Shown one piece after another: positions 28,588-38,187 of a DNA stretch of 64,000 nt. A program made the translations under genes and the position numbers. Source of the DNA: an uncultured Acidobacteriota bacterium (GTDB lineage Bacteria; Acidobacteriota; Thermoanaerobaculia; Gp7-AA8); assembly GCA_963822445.1 (NCBI GenBank), contig CAWGHO010000003.1:256001-320000 (forward strand), read 5' to 3'. The first letter of the stretch is position 1, and every line of letters begins with the position of its first letter. The notes below the pieces were generated by a model. The model was not told the DNA's origin, did not search any database, and saw nothing but the letters and a program-made list of their open reading frames with translations.

Positions 28588-29495
28588 GATCGCTCCGTCA
28601 GCGTTGCATACGATTCGAAAGGATCCTCGACGACCATCGACCGAGTGGATGATGCGTGGACGACCGACCATCCGTAATGCCGACTACGGATCACGACACC
28701 GACGTGAAGCAGGCCGCCCGGTCTTTCGATGAAAGCGAGGCGGCCGTCCCGAGGCGGGTGTGCATGGCCGAGCCCGGACGCGAACTGGTCGCTCGAATGC
28801 CGCGGAATCGTCAGGCCGAGGACTTCGCGGTAGATCCGCTGCGTCAGGCCGGAACAATCGAAGCCATCGGGTGTGGCGCCGCCGGGCTTGTAGGAGACGC
28901 CGAGGAATGAACGCGCAACGCTGCCCCAGTCATTACGCCGGACGGGAAGCCGCGGCCCTGTCGTGCAGGCACGATCGTCGATCGAATCGGTGACCCATCC
29001 CACCGTTCCATCGGCCGCCCGCACGAGCGTGCCGCTTCGCGTTTCCGCCAGAGCCATGACCGGACCATCGGAGAGAACGAGCTCGGTGGACAACGATGGA
29101 CTGGAGACCGCACCGGGCCATTCACGCCAGACGGGTGTAACACGCTCGGTCAGCGACCACCATCGCGCGATGTGGCCGGGCGTGATCATGGTCAGCACGA
29201 CGTTCCATCGCGGATTGAGCAGCGAGCGAAGGCCGCGCGCGAAACGGGTCGCGGTGTTCTCGAGGAGAGCACGAATGATGACATGCACCCGGTACCGCGA
29301 AGCGTCCACACGCACGTTTGCCGAGAAGTCCGTCCAGCGATACGCGCCGAGGAGCTCCGCGCGAAAGGACTCGACGTATGCCTCGGCAACCGACCGCACC
29401 CACTCTCCCTCGGCCGCGGACGCATTGCGGTCACCCGCGGGCAACGCGCGTACAGATCCCGGCGCGTGATAGCGCGAATGCAGCGACCCGTTCAT
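28584..29495 (-). CDS. NlpC/P60 (C40) cell-wall peptidase
   Basis: FLGVSY..GG....GFDCSGL, IPRHS..Q, HVGV, VHAS give a complete Cys-His-His triad. Confidence 0.87.
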   Translation of the reverse strand: MNGSLHSRYHAPGSVRALPAGDRNASAAEGEWVRSVAEAYVESFRAELLGAYRWTDFSANVRVDASRYRVHVIIRALLENTATRFARGLRSLLNPRWNVVLTMITPGHIARWWSLTERVTPVWREWPGAVSSPSLSTELVLSDGPVMALAETRSGTLVRAADGTVGWVTDSIDDRACTTGPRLPVRRNDWGSVARSFLGVSYKPGGATPDGFDCSGLTQRIYREVLGLTIPRHSSDQFASGLGHAHPPRDGRLAFIERPGGLLHVGVVIRSRHYGWSVVHASSTRSMVVEDPFESYATLTERS

Positions 29496-30661
29496 CGCTG
29501 GATATCGATCCTGGACGACGGCCCGTGATAGACGGGCGCCGTACCGAATTGGCGGCTGACCGCCGTGATGTAGCGGTGAAAGCTCATGGCCACGTCGCCG
29601 TTCACCACGGCCGGCTGATAACGGCCGCGAATCGGAACGAGCTCGACGCGTTCAACTGCTCCCTCGTGCACGTCGATGTTCACGAGCATGTCCGTCCCCC
29701 ACCTGTGGTGATCGTGACCGAACGAGAAATTGCCGAGCGAGTAGAAGATCGGCTTGCCGCGATAGATCTCGACGCTGCCGGGGACATGGGCGTGATGGCC
29801 GAGAATCACATCGGCGCCACAGTCGATGAAATCGTGGGCCACCTCGACCAGGCGCGGCCACGGCACGGGACGGTCTTCCACGCCCCAGTGCAGCGACAGC
29901 ACCACGACGTCAGCTTCCGCGCGCGTCCGGCGAATGTCCTCGCCGACGATCATGGGATTGAGCGGGACCACTCCGCTTTCGTGATCGGTCGCAAAAATCC
30001 AGTCCGGACCGATCATCGAGTACGCGAGAAACGCGACGGCGAGACCATTGACCCGGAACACGGCTGGCGATCGTGCTGCATCGAGCGACACTCCGGCACC
30101 GACGACGGCGATTCCATTCGCGCGCAGCGATTCCAGCGTTGCCAGAAATCCCTCCTGCCCATAATCGAAACAATGGTTGTTGGCGAAGGACACGACGTCG
30201 ATTCCCGCTTCGGCCATGGCTCGCGCGAATGCGGGATCGGCGGCATAACAGGTGTCGTTGTTCATGCGGCGCCCGGTTCGAGCCAGCGGGCATTCGAGAT
30301 TGCCGAAGACCAGATCGGACGACTGAAACACCGCGGTGATCTCGCGGAACGGATAATCCGGCTCGTCAGCCTCAGGAGGCAGATCGAGTGGGAGACTGTC
30401 GGTGAGATGCGACGTGGCGTGTACGCCATGCACATGACGGTCGAGAGCGGCAAGCCATTGCAGGCTCTCGCGCGAATTCGCGAAGGGGAACCGTACGTGG
30501 CCCTCGAAAGGAGGGCCGATGCTCGACACGTCGGGATAGTGATAGAAGATCCGCGGCGGCTGTAAACGCCGGTCGAACATCATGTCGCCGACGGCGGTAA
30601 TGGTGAGACGCCGCGGCGGCTGCGATTCGACGATCGTCACCTCTGAGCTCCCCAAAGGCAC
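29492..30661 (-). CDS. CapA/PgsA family metallophosphoesterase-fold protein
   Basis: AVGDMM, GNLECP, ANNH.FDYG, SLHWG.E, GAD.ILGHHAH, YSLGNF. The exact start is uncertain. Confidence 0.9.
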   Translation of the reverse strand: MPLGSSEVTIVESQPPRRLTITAVGDMMFDRRLQPPRIFYHYPDVSSIGPPFEGHVRFPFANSRESLQWLAALDRHVHGVHATSHLTDSLPLDLPPEADEPDYPFREITAVFQSSDLVFGNLECPLARTGRRMNNDTCYAADPAFARAMAEAGIDVVSFANNHCFDYGQEGFLATLESLRANGIAVVGAGVSLDAARSPAVFRVNGLAVAFLAYSMIGPDWIFATDHESGVVPLNPMIVGEDIRRTRAEADVVVLSLHWGVEDRPVPWPRLVEVAHDFIDCGADVILGHHAHVPGSVEIYRGKPIFYSLGNFSFGHDHHRWGTDMLVNIDVHEGAVERVELVPIRGRYQPAVVNGDVAMSFHRYITAVSRQFGTAPVYHGPSSRIDIQR

Positions 30662-30758
30662 CTGTTCATGCTGGGCGCGAGATCATAGTTCAGTAGGGCC
30701 GGAGATCGGATCGAGTCCCCGTTGACATAACGGCGGAAGCGATTTTAGCATTCGCGCC

Positions 30759-33700
30759 ATGACCACGAGACGGGTTGTGCGCAGCGTGCGCGCTGTGCGT
30801 CTGACGTCGCTTCTGGCCTTCCTTTCCGCTGCAATTCTCGCCGTCGCTTCACCGCCCGCCGACCCGTCGATCCGGATCTCCGTGCGCGCGGCCGCGGGCG
30901 GAGCTCCCATAGGGGATGCGTACATCGGTCTCGTTCCGATGGACCATTCTTTGGCCCGGCCGGCCCGCGAGATCGTTGCTCGCACCGGGCAGGCGGTGTT
31001 CACGATTCCGCCCGGCACATACGGCCTGACCACCGCCGCGAACGGATTCCACGCCGATCTCCGCGAAGCGCGTGTCGTCGCCGGCGTGGACAACGAGATC
31101 ACCGTGGAGCTCAACCGGGCGGTGATGATCAGCGGCACGGTGAGCGATCCGGAAGGCAATCCTATTGCGGGCGCGCACGTGACCCAGGCACCGGCCGCGA
31201 CCGCGCCTCTCGCGGACATGAGCGAGCTAGCGCTCCAGCAGGTCGGCCGGTCGATGCGCGCGATCACCGATGCGAACGGCGCCTGGCAGCTTACGGCGTC
31301 GCGATCCCCGCTTCTCATCGAAGCGAATGGATGGGCGCCGGCCTGGTTGGCTCCGAGACCGGCCGAAGCGCCGCCCGTCGACGTGGTGCTGAAAAAAGGC
31401 TCTTCGCTGAGCGTTACGCTCGACAGAACCGATCCTGCCATCTCGATCACCGCGGTTCCGACCGGTGAGAACAAACTGGGACTCCCGAGTCGGTTCCAGC
31501 AAATCATCTGGAGCCGTGAAGCGAACTATCTCTCGCTCGACTGGAGATCGCTCCCCGCCGGCGATTACAAACTGGTGGCGACCTGGCCAGATCCGCTGCG
31601 CTTCACCGCACCGGTCGAGGTAGGCCGGGTCAGTCTCGTCGAAGGAGGCGCCGGCAGTGCGCGCGTTGCTCTTCCGCCCTCGCGTCCTGCGGCTACCTCG
31701 CATCTCACCTTCCTGGTACCGCCTCGAACCGATCTGTCAGGCCTGCGCGCATTCGTCCGTGCGTCCGACGGCGTGAAGGTCGCGAGACATTCGACGACCG
31801 ATGCGCTTGGGGGGAAGGTGGTCTACGTCGACACCGCCGCTTCGCAGTCGGAGATCCATCTGACCACCAAAACGGTACTGATGACCGTTCGAGCGGATGC
31901 GCCGAAACGGGGGCTCGCGGCGCTCGAGCTCACGCACGTGCCAAGGGGTGAGGGGAAGCTGCGCATCGTGCCTGACGAGGGAATCACTCTTCCTTCGACG
32001 GCGACGGTGGCATTCAGTTCCTGCCTCCACAACGAAAAGGTCACCCTGCCGGTGAACGTCGGCAACGACGGCATCCTGAGCTTTCCGCTGGTTGTCCCCT
32101 GCCGGTCGCTGACGGTGAATTTCGGCAGCGCCGGGGCCCTCGGTCTGACAGCAGCCGTACGCGCGGGCGAAGAGAAGTGGTTCGGCGATCACAAGCTCTC
32201 CGCGTCCGCGTCCGCTGAAGTCCACGCGGTGTACGCCGGGGCGAACGCGCCGGACGTCGTGATCAAAGCGACGGTCATGCGCGAGCGGCAGACCGTGCCG
32301 GTCGGGGAAGCGATCGCGGACGCGCAGGGACGGGCCGTGCTCGAAGGATTGCCTGCCGGTGAAGTCACGTTCGAGGCCCGCTTCCCGGAAACGCAGCATG
32401 CCGGCACGACCACCGTGACCATGGAGCCGGGCAAGCGGATCGTGGTCGATCCGCTGGAGATTCCCGAGCCGGCGTCGCTCACGATCGCGGCGGCCTTCGA
32501 CCCGGCCTTCAAGAGCGAGAACCCGGACGCGAAGCTGTTCGGCCTCCTGCTCGAGCGCGAGGACACCGGACGGACGAGGGACAATCGCGAGGCGGACTTC
32601 CGCGAAGGAATCAAGGACGTGACCTTCGGCGATCTGACACCCGGCTGGTGGCGGATCGTGGCCATGGTTGCCGTCGAAGAGTCGGCGCAGCCGATCGAAG
32701 TGGAACGCGTGGAGCTACAGGCCGGCGATGACCGGAAGGTGAGCGCGCGCATCAAGCCGCTCGTCTTCACGGGGCAGGTGGTGTCGCAGAACGCGGGTGT
32801 CGCCGCTTCGGTCGGCATCGGCGATCCGCCCGGACCGAGCTCGATACGACGCGACATCCGCACGACCGCCGACGGGAAGTTCAAGGTCGCGTTGCCGAAG
32901 AGCGGCGCGTACACCGTCACCGTCCGGCGCGCTTCGAATGACCCGATCGACATCGGACCGGTAGCGTTCGATTCCGCGTCGCCGTTCGTTCGCATCGAGC
33001 TTCCCGAGGGAGCGCTTGCGATCCAGGTGCGCAAGGACGACCAGCCGCTCGGTGATGCCGTCGTCAAGGCGACGATGCGCGTCGACGGCGCCGATGGACG
33101 CGGGCCGGCACGCCTGACCCGAACAGTGAAGACAAACGCCGCGGGAACGGTGACTCTGGAGAATCTGCAGGCCGGCGCGTGGACGATCGAAGCACGCGAG
33201 CCACGCACCGGGCGGATGGCGGAAAAAGTGGCGATGGTTCCCAAGTCGAGCCGTGCCGAGACCACGATCGAGATCGCTGACGGCGAGCTCCTCAAAGGCG
33301 TGATCATCGACGAGAACGGCGGCCTCGCGGCGGGTGCGAGCATCTCCTGCGTGTTTCCCGCGGCCGGCGGCACGCTGCGCACGATTCAGGCTGACGCGAA
33401 CGACCACGGCGCGTTCTCGATCGCTCTGCCCGATCCGCCTCCGGCGCGGCTCGATTGCGGTGTGGCCACGGCGAGCGGCGCCATCGGCGCGTTCGTCACG
33501 GCGCCTGGCGAGAATCCCGAGCTCGTGCTGCCGCAGGCGGCCGGACGCATGACCATCGTCGACTGGGGAGAGCGGGTGATTCCGGATCGTTTCTGGCTCG
33601 CCGCGCCGGATGGACGCCTGTTCAATCTGTCGTGGGCGGCCAAGAAGTTCGGACGGGCCTGGTCACCCTTGACCATCGCCCGCATGCCTGCCGGTCCGTG

Positions 33701-33848
33701 GAAGATCGTTCGGGCCGACTCCGCAGCGGCACTGAGCGCGATCGCGGCAGGTCATGCCCGCTCGTTGCCCGCCGCGGCCGAGGTGCGGCTCGAGGAAGGA
33801 AAGAGCACCGATATTCGCATCCAGGATGGTCCCGTGGCTCGACGGTGA
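30759..33848 (+). CDS. Large secreted protein with carboxypeptidase-regulatory-like (transthyretin/Ig-like) repeats
   Basis: Signal peptide followed by repeated G.V.D..G.PI.GA.V, TDANG and L..G.Y/W elements. Confidence 0.72.
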   Translation: MTTRRVVRSVRAVRLTSLLAFLSAAILAVASPPADPSIRISVRAAAGGAPIGDAYIGLVPMDHSLARPAREIVARTGQAVFTIPPGTYGLTTAANGFHADLREARVVAGVDNEITVELNRAVMISGTVSDPEGNPIAGAHVTQAPAATAPLADMSELALQQVGRSMRAITDANGAWQLTASRSPLLIEANGWAPAWLAPRPAEAPPVDVVLKKGSSLSVTLDRTDPAISITAVPTGENKLGLPSRFQQIIWSREANYLSLDWRSLPAGDYKLVATWPDPLRFTAPVEVGRVSLVEGGAGSARVALPPSRPAATSHLTFLVPPRTDLSGLRAFVRASDGVKVARHSTTDALGGKVVYVDTAASQSEIHLTTKTVLMTVRADAPKRGLAALELTHVPRGEGKLRIVPDEGITLPSTATVAFSSCLHNEKVTLPVNVGNDGILSFPLVVPCRSLTVNFGSAGALGLTAAVRAGEEKWFGDHKLSASASAEVHAVYAGANAPDVVIKATVMRERQTVPVGEAIADAQGRAVLEGLPAGEVTFEARFPETQHAGTTTVTMEPGKRIVVDPLEIPEPASLTIAAAFDPAFKSENPDAKLFGLLLEREDTGRTRDNREADFREGIKDVTFGDLTPGWWRIVAMVAVEESAQPIEVERVELQAGDDRKVSARIKPLVFTGQVVSQNAGVAASVGIGDPPGPSSIRRDIRTTADGKFKVALPKSGAYTVTVRRASNDPIDIGPVAFDSASPFVRIELPEGALAIQVRKDDQPLGDAVVKATMRVDGADGRGPARLTRTVKTNAAGTVTLENLQAGAWTIEAREPRTGRMAEKVAMVPKSSRAETTIEIADGELLKGVIIDENGGLAAGASISCVFPAAGGTLRTIQADANDHGAFSIALPDPPPARLDCGVATASGAIGAFVTAPGENPELVLPQAAGRMTIVDWGERVIPDRFWLAAPDGRLFNLSWAAKKFGRAWSPLTIARMPAGPWKIVRADSAAALSAIAAGHARSLPAAAEVRLEEGKSTDIRIQDGPVARR

Positions 33849-33876
33849 CCGAGATCAGAGAGAAAGGAAGAGTGAC

Positions 33877-34203
33877 ATGAAGAGAGTGTCGTTTCTCAGT
33901 GCGGCCGCTGTTGCGGCGGGCGCGGCCCTCATCGCTCCCGACGCCCAGGCCTGCGAAGACTGCATGGGCGGCGGAACGGATGTGCAGTGCGATTCGATGG
34001 CTTCGAGTGGATTCGGCTCCTGTCAGATCAAAGAGGAGTACGACGAGTGCGGCGAAGTGATCTACACGGATTGCTACGTTTCCTACGACGCCTGGTGCGA
34101 TCAGGGATCGGGCAGTGACTGGGGCGGTTTCATGTATTGGCAGGATTGGGTTTGCTTCGCGTATACGTACGACGATTGCGGTCGCAGCTGGGCCGCGGAG
34201 TAA
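33877..34203 (+). CDS. Small secreted Cys-rich acidic protein (108 aa)
   Basis: Purine-rich RBS (agaaaggaag), signal peptide MKRVSFLSAAAVAAGAALIAPDAQA, then 9 Cys in an Asp/Glu/Trp/Tyr-rich mature region. Confidence 0.72.
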   Translation: MKRVSFLSAAAVAAGAALIAPDAQACEDCMGGGTDVQCDSMASSGFGSCQIKEEYDECGEVIYTDCYVSYDAWCDQGSGSDWGGFMYWQDWVCFAYTYDDCGRSWAAE

Positions 34204-34272
34204 CGTTCATCACCGGCCCGGGTCGTGCTGACGAGCCGCTGCACGCGCCCGGGCCTCGATTAGTCTCCCTTC

Positions 34273-35403
34273 ATGTTCGAGATCCTCTGGGCTTTGCTGC
34301 TGTCCACGATCCGCCTTCTGGCGCTCGAGGCGATGTGGTGCGAGGCCGCCGCCGCGGTCATGGAGCGGTATCCGGAATCGCGAGTGCCGTTCGTCGTCAC
34401 CGAGCCGGTTCTGCAGGTGGCGATGGCCGGCGAAGACGTCATCGTCGTCTCCGGAGTGAGCTCGGACCGGCGTCTGGTGCGATCGACGCCGCACCACGAG
34501 ATCGAGGAGCTGATGCCGCGGACGCAGCGGCTCCCCATGGGCGGGGAATACCTTTTCGCCCGCGGATCGCGCTGGTGGTACGGGCTGGCTGGTTCGCGCC
34601 ACGGCGTGAGGGGCACGTACTTCGTCTCGGATGACGGGAGCTCGAGCGTGGTTCCGACAGCGGGTCGCGGTCCGCTGTTCTGGCTTCCGCTGAATGGGGA
34701 TGTTCCACGCGCCCTGGAAGTCTCCGACGGCGACGAAGGCTTGCTGGCGACCGAGATCGCGGCAGGCGGTCCGTTGCGCACCTGGCACCTGCCGTTTCCT
34801 CTCGGACGCCTGACCTCCGCGGAGTACCTCCCCGACGGCCGCATCGCCGTCGTCACGCAACACAGAGAGTCGGGCCGCGTGACCATCCTGCTGCTCGCCG
34901 ATGACGATCACATCGACATCCGCGCCCTGGGATACAAGATGGCCATTCAGCTTGCGACGGCGATCGATTCATCAGGGCGCCTCGCGATCGCGACCGCGAC
35001 GATGGATCGCCGCGTTGACGGAGCGGTGGTCGACCCGACGCGCGCCGCCGACCCGAAGTGGCGGGAGCTCAGACGCGGCATCCGGCTCCAGGGTGGTACC
35101 GGCGAGCTGCAGGTGACGCCGGTCTCCGATGGATTCGTCGTGGCCTGGATCAACCGCTCGGAGTCGCCTCCTCGCCTCGAATCGGGAAATCTGCGCGCCG
35201 GCTCTGCCGGAGGATTCTTCACGATCGGCGACCTGCTCGAACGAAAAGGCGGCGAAACGTTCTTCTCGCTGCGAAGCGAGGACGGCGAGCCGGTCTTCAT
35301 CCGGGACGACGGCGTTCACATCCTGACGCGCCGCCTGCCGGCGTCGGTCATCGGCTTCGACCTGATCCGGCGGCTCTCGGCGAGATGGTGCGGCCGCGCA
35401 TAG
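34273..35403 (+). CDS. Hypothetical protein (beta-rich, hydrophobic N-terminus)
   Basis: 376-aa ORF with coding-like composition, co-oriented with its neighbours. No motif recognised. Confidence 0.55.
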   Translation: MFEILWALLLSTIRLLALEAMWCEAAAAVMERYPESRVPFVVTEPVLQVAMAGEDVIVVSGVSSDRRLVRSTPHHEIEELMPRTQRLPMGGEYLFARGSRWWYGLAGSRHGVRGTYFVSDDGSSSVVPTAGRGPLFWLPLNGDVPRALEVSDGDEGLLATEIAAGGPLRTWHLPFPLGRLTSAEYLPDGRIAVVTQHRESGRVTILLLADDDHIDIRALGYKMAIQLATAIDSSGRLAIATATMDRRVDGAVVDPTRAADPKWRELRRGIRLQGGTGELQVTPVSDGFVVAWINRSESPPRLESGNLRAGSAGGFFTIGDLLERKGGETFFSLRSEDGEPVFIRDDGVHILTRRLPASVIGFDLIRRLSARWCGRA

Positions 35404-35721
35404 CTGGCTGGAACTTGGTAGCGCATACCGATGATGTTGGGACTTGCCGGCGCGGCGTCAGCGGCATGCTGAGCACGACCTAGTCGCTCGCCGTACGACT
35501 GCGCGATCGCGTCGTCGACGGCTCGGCGAACTCCAGGCGGCATCGGCGTCCGTCCCGATCGACAACGCGACGTCTGGCGCCTCGCGGCGCCGGAGCTCGA
35601 GCGGAACTCGGGGGGATGACGACGAGGCGCAGCGAGCGAGGAAGAATCACGCCCCGCTCCCGGTGCAGCGCGTGCATGCTGGCGAAATTGCGCTCGCCGC
35701 CGGCATATACGAGATGAGGCC

Positions 35722-36315
35722 ATGCGCGACAACGAACAACCGCCCGCCGATCCGCGCCTGCTCGCCGCGCTGGCGAAGGCGGACCTGGACGAGCTCGCGA
35801 GCAGGCTGCTCGGGCTCGCACGCAAGAAGATGTGCCGCCGATGGAAGGGCTTACCGCCGTCCGGCGAGACGCCGGAAGACGTCGTCCAGAAGGCTTTCCA
35901 TCAGGCGCTGAGCGGCGTCCGCAAGTTTCCGGAGGGGAACGTCGATCTCTACGTCTTCCTCGTGATGGTGGTGAGGAGCCTCATCAGCCATCTCGCCGAA
36001 AAAGAGGAGAACCGCTGCGTCCACACGCCGATCGAAGAAAGCGCGGACGTATTGATGGATTGGAAGTACACGCCGCGAGAGACGGAGCTCGCGGCAGAAG
36101 CGGATGTCGCATCCGTGCTCCGGGACTTCGCGGCGGACAAACTGATGACGGATTACATCCGCTTGCGGAGCGAAGAGCAGTGCCGGAACGCCGCCGAATA
36201 TGCCGGCGCTCTCGGCGTCACCGTCGATGCGATTCACAACATGAACCGTCGCCTCGCGCGCTACCGCGACCGGCAGAGACGCGAAACGAGACCGACCGAT
36301 GAACGACCGAACTGA
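35722..36315 (+). CDS. ECF-sigma-like protein
   Basis: Region-2-like ETPEDVVQKAF..ALSG.R...L...VRSLISH and an HTH-like AGALGVTVDAIHNM.RRL. Confidence 0.65.
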   Translation: MRDNEQPPADPRLLAALAKADLDELASRLLGLARKKMCRRWKGLPPSGETPEDVVQKAFHQALSGVRKFPEGNVDLYVFLVMVVRSLISHLAEKEENRCVHTPIEESADVLMDWKYTPRETELAAEADVASVLRDFAADKLMTDYIRLRSEEQCRNAAEYAGALGVTVDAIHNMNRRLARYRDRQRRETRPTDERPN

Positions 36316-37357
36316 ACATCGCCCATACCGCGAGCTCGATGACGACGAGCGTTACTACGCGACGGCTCCGATCGACGAGATCCGTCGCGAGCTGAAGCAC
36401 TACGGCGTGCGCGTGGAGCCGGCCATCGTCGCGGTACGGGCACTGATCGACGAGCAGACTCCGCGCGTGCCGGCGGCGTCCGCGCGCCGCGTTTCCGCGC
36501 TCGGTCCCGAGACGACGTATCTCCAGCACCTGACATTGTTCGAGCGAATCGCTGCGTTCACCGCGCACCGAGGCCATTTGACCGCTGACGAGACCGTGGA
36601 GTTCGTCCAGATCGTGCTCGTGAAACTGTTAGAGAACGACTACGAGATCATCCGCAAATTCGAGGGCCGCAGCAGTTTCTCCACCTATCTCACTACCGTG
36701 ATCATGCGTCTGCTCCACCAGTGGCGCGTCGAGCAGTGGGGGAAATGGCGGCCCTCCGCCGAGGCAAGAGCGCTGGGGGATAAGGCCATCGCGCTCGAAC
36801 GCATGGTGAGTCGCGACGGCTTGTCGTTCTCGGAGGCCGTGACGGTGCTCACGCAGCACCGTCCGCAGTACTCCTCCATCAAAGAGCTCGAAGCCATCTA
36901 CCTCCGACTCCCACTCCGCAAACCCCGGCCGGTGCTCCTCTCGGACGACAGCGTGCTGGCGGAGCTTCCCAGCGAGGACTCGGCGGAGGAACGCGTCCGC
37001 GCCGGCGAGCGCGAGATCGCAGCGCGCTCCGCTGCCGCCGCTGTCGATCGCGCGATGGGCGGCTTCAGCCCGGAAGACCGGCTCATTCTGCAGTTGCGGT
37101 TCTGGGATGCGAAGACGGCGCCGGAGATCGCGCGGGTCATGCACCTCGAGCCGAGGAAGGTCTACACGCGCCTCGAACGCTTATTCAAGGGGCTGCGGCG
37201 GGCTCTCGAAGACGCAGGGATCGACCATGCGGCCGTCGGCGAGTTGATAGACCGGCCGGCGTTGGATCTTTCGTTGGAGCCGCGGCCGGAGCGGACCTCT
37301 ACTCCACAATCCGCAAGCGGTCGAAAAGCCCCAGAATCAAACGGCACTCGGCGCTGA
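36299..37357 (+). CDS. Sigma-70 family (ECF-like) factor with an N-terminal extension
   Basis: EFVQ.V.VKL.E..Y..IRKFEGRSSFSTYL..V (region 2) and DRLILQLRFWD....EIAR..H.....VY.RL (region 4). Confidence 0.78.
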   Translation: MNDRTEHRPYRELDDDERYYATAPIDEIRRELKHYGVRVEPAIVAVRALIDEQTPRVPAASARRVSALGPETTYLQHLTLFERIAAFTAHRGHLTADETVEFVQIVLVKLLENDYEIIRKFEGRSSFSTYLTTVIMRLLHQWRVEQWGKWRPSAEARALGDKAIALERMVSRDGLSFSEAVTVLTQHRPQYSSIKELEAIYLRLPLRKPRPVLLSDDSVLAELPSEDSAEERVRAGEREIAARSAAAAVDRAMGGFSPEDRLILQLRFWDAKTAPEIARVMHLEPRKVYTRLERLFKGLRRALEDAGIDHAAVGELIDRPALDLSLEPRPERTSTPQSASGRKAPESNGTRR

Positions 37358-37431
37358 CGATGTCCGCGTCGCCGCGCAGCTTCTGTGGAAGGCGAGGCGG
37401 CACTCCTCCCGACGAGGGCGGCGAACCGCGC

Positions 37432-37510
37432 GAAGAAGATCTTTCTCTCGTCAACAGCGCAGGACTTGGTGGCTACCGCAAAGTGGCCGAGGATGTTGTG
37501 CACGAACCGG
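37432..37510 (+). pseudogene. Possible DUF4062 (TIR/nucleotidase-like fold) remnant
   Basis: KKIFLSSTAQDL(V) joins YRKVAEDVVHE across a 1-nt frameshift, resembling the DUF4062 N-terminal motif. Confidence 0.35.
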
Positions 37511-37802
37511 AGAGCTACGTGTACGGGAACGCGCCAACAATGTCCGCGCTCCACTTATCGGCATACAGCGACATGAGCGCATCGCTGGCCACCGTCGAAC
37601 CGAATCCGTTCAACTACGGGCAGGTCCAGCCTTGCGATGCGCCATTGTTAGTGCGTCCTGGCAAGTCCGCAGACATGCGTCGCAGAAAGGGGGATGGACA
37701 GGCGCTGGGCAAGAGTGCAGAAGCTCCCTTTCCGCCGCTGACAGGGACCGATTTTCAATGCTCGAATGTGCAGTGGCTACCCTGATCGTTGGGAGGAGGT
37801 TC

Positions 37803-37847
37803 GGTAGCCCATACGGGATTCGAACCGCTGTTACTGCCGTAAGAGGG
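37803..37847 (-). tRNA. Degenerate tRNA-Glu 3'-half remnant
   Basis: The minus strand reads ccctcttacggcagtaacagcggTTCGAATcccgtatgggctacc, similar to 2296-2332. The T-stem is mismatched and there is no 5' half. Confidence 0.65.
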
Positions 37848-38187
37848 ACAGAAGAAATACGCTGAGTTTCTGCATCTACGCCCGGGCACGTCGGACGAGC
37901 TGCTCGACATCTTCGACCGCGAGATCTCGCTCTAGTCGATGGGTCAGCATCGGGTCGCCCTGCCATCGCGCGTCCGAAAAACGTGCGGTGGCCGATTCAG
38001 AATGGCCGTCGGCTTCGATTGCCGGTACGCGCAAATCGCGCGCTCGGTCCATTGCACGGGCCGGAAACTCATGAAAAACGTCTTCGCCACCATCCGCATT
38101 ACCTGAAGTGTGGAAGGGTAGGGATCAGGCGTCGTTCGGGCTCTCCTCTGTTGATACGGTCTCCAGGTTTGCCGAGAGAGAGGTCCG

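Noticed and set aside
29492-30661. Poly-gamma-glutamate capsule locus
   Set aside because: Only a CapA-family gene is present. There is no CapC, and the ligase has MurE motifs rather than CapB motifs.
37360-37966. Intact genes in the ORFs between the sigma factor and the activator
   Set aside because: The translations lack coherent motifs. GSPYGIRTAVTAVRG is simply the antisense reading of the tRNA-Glu remnant.
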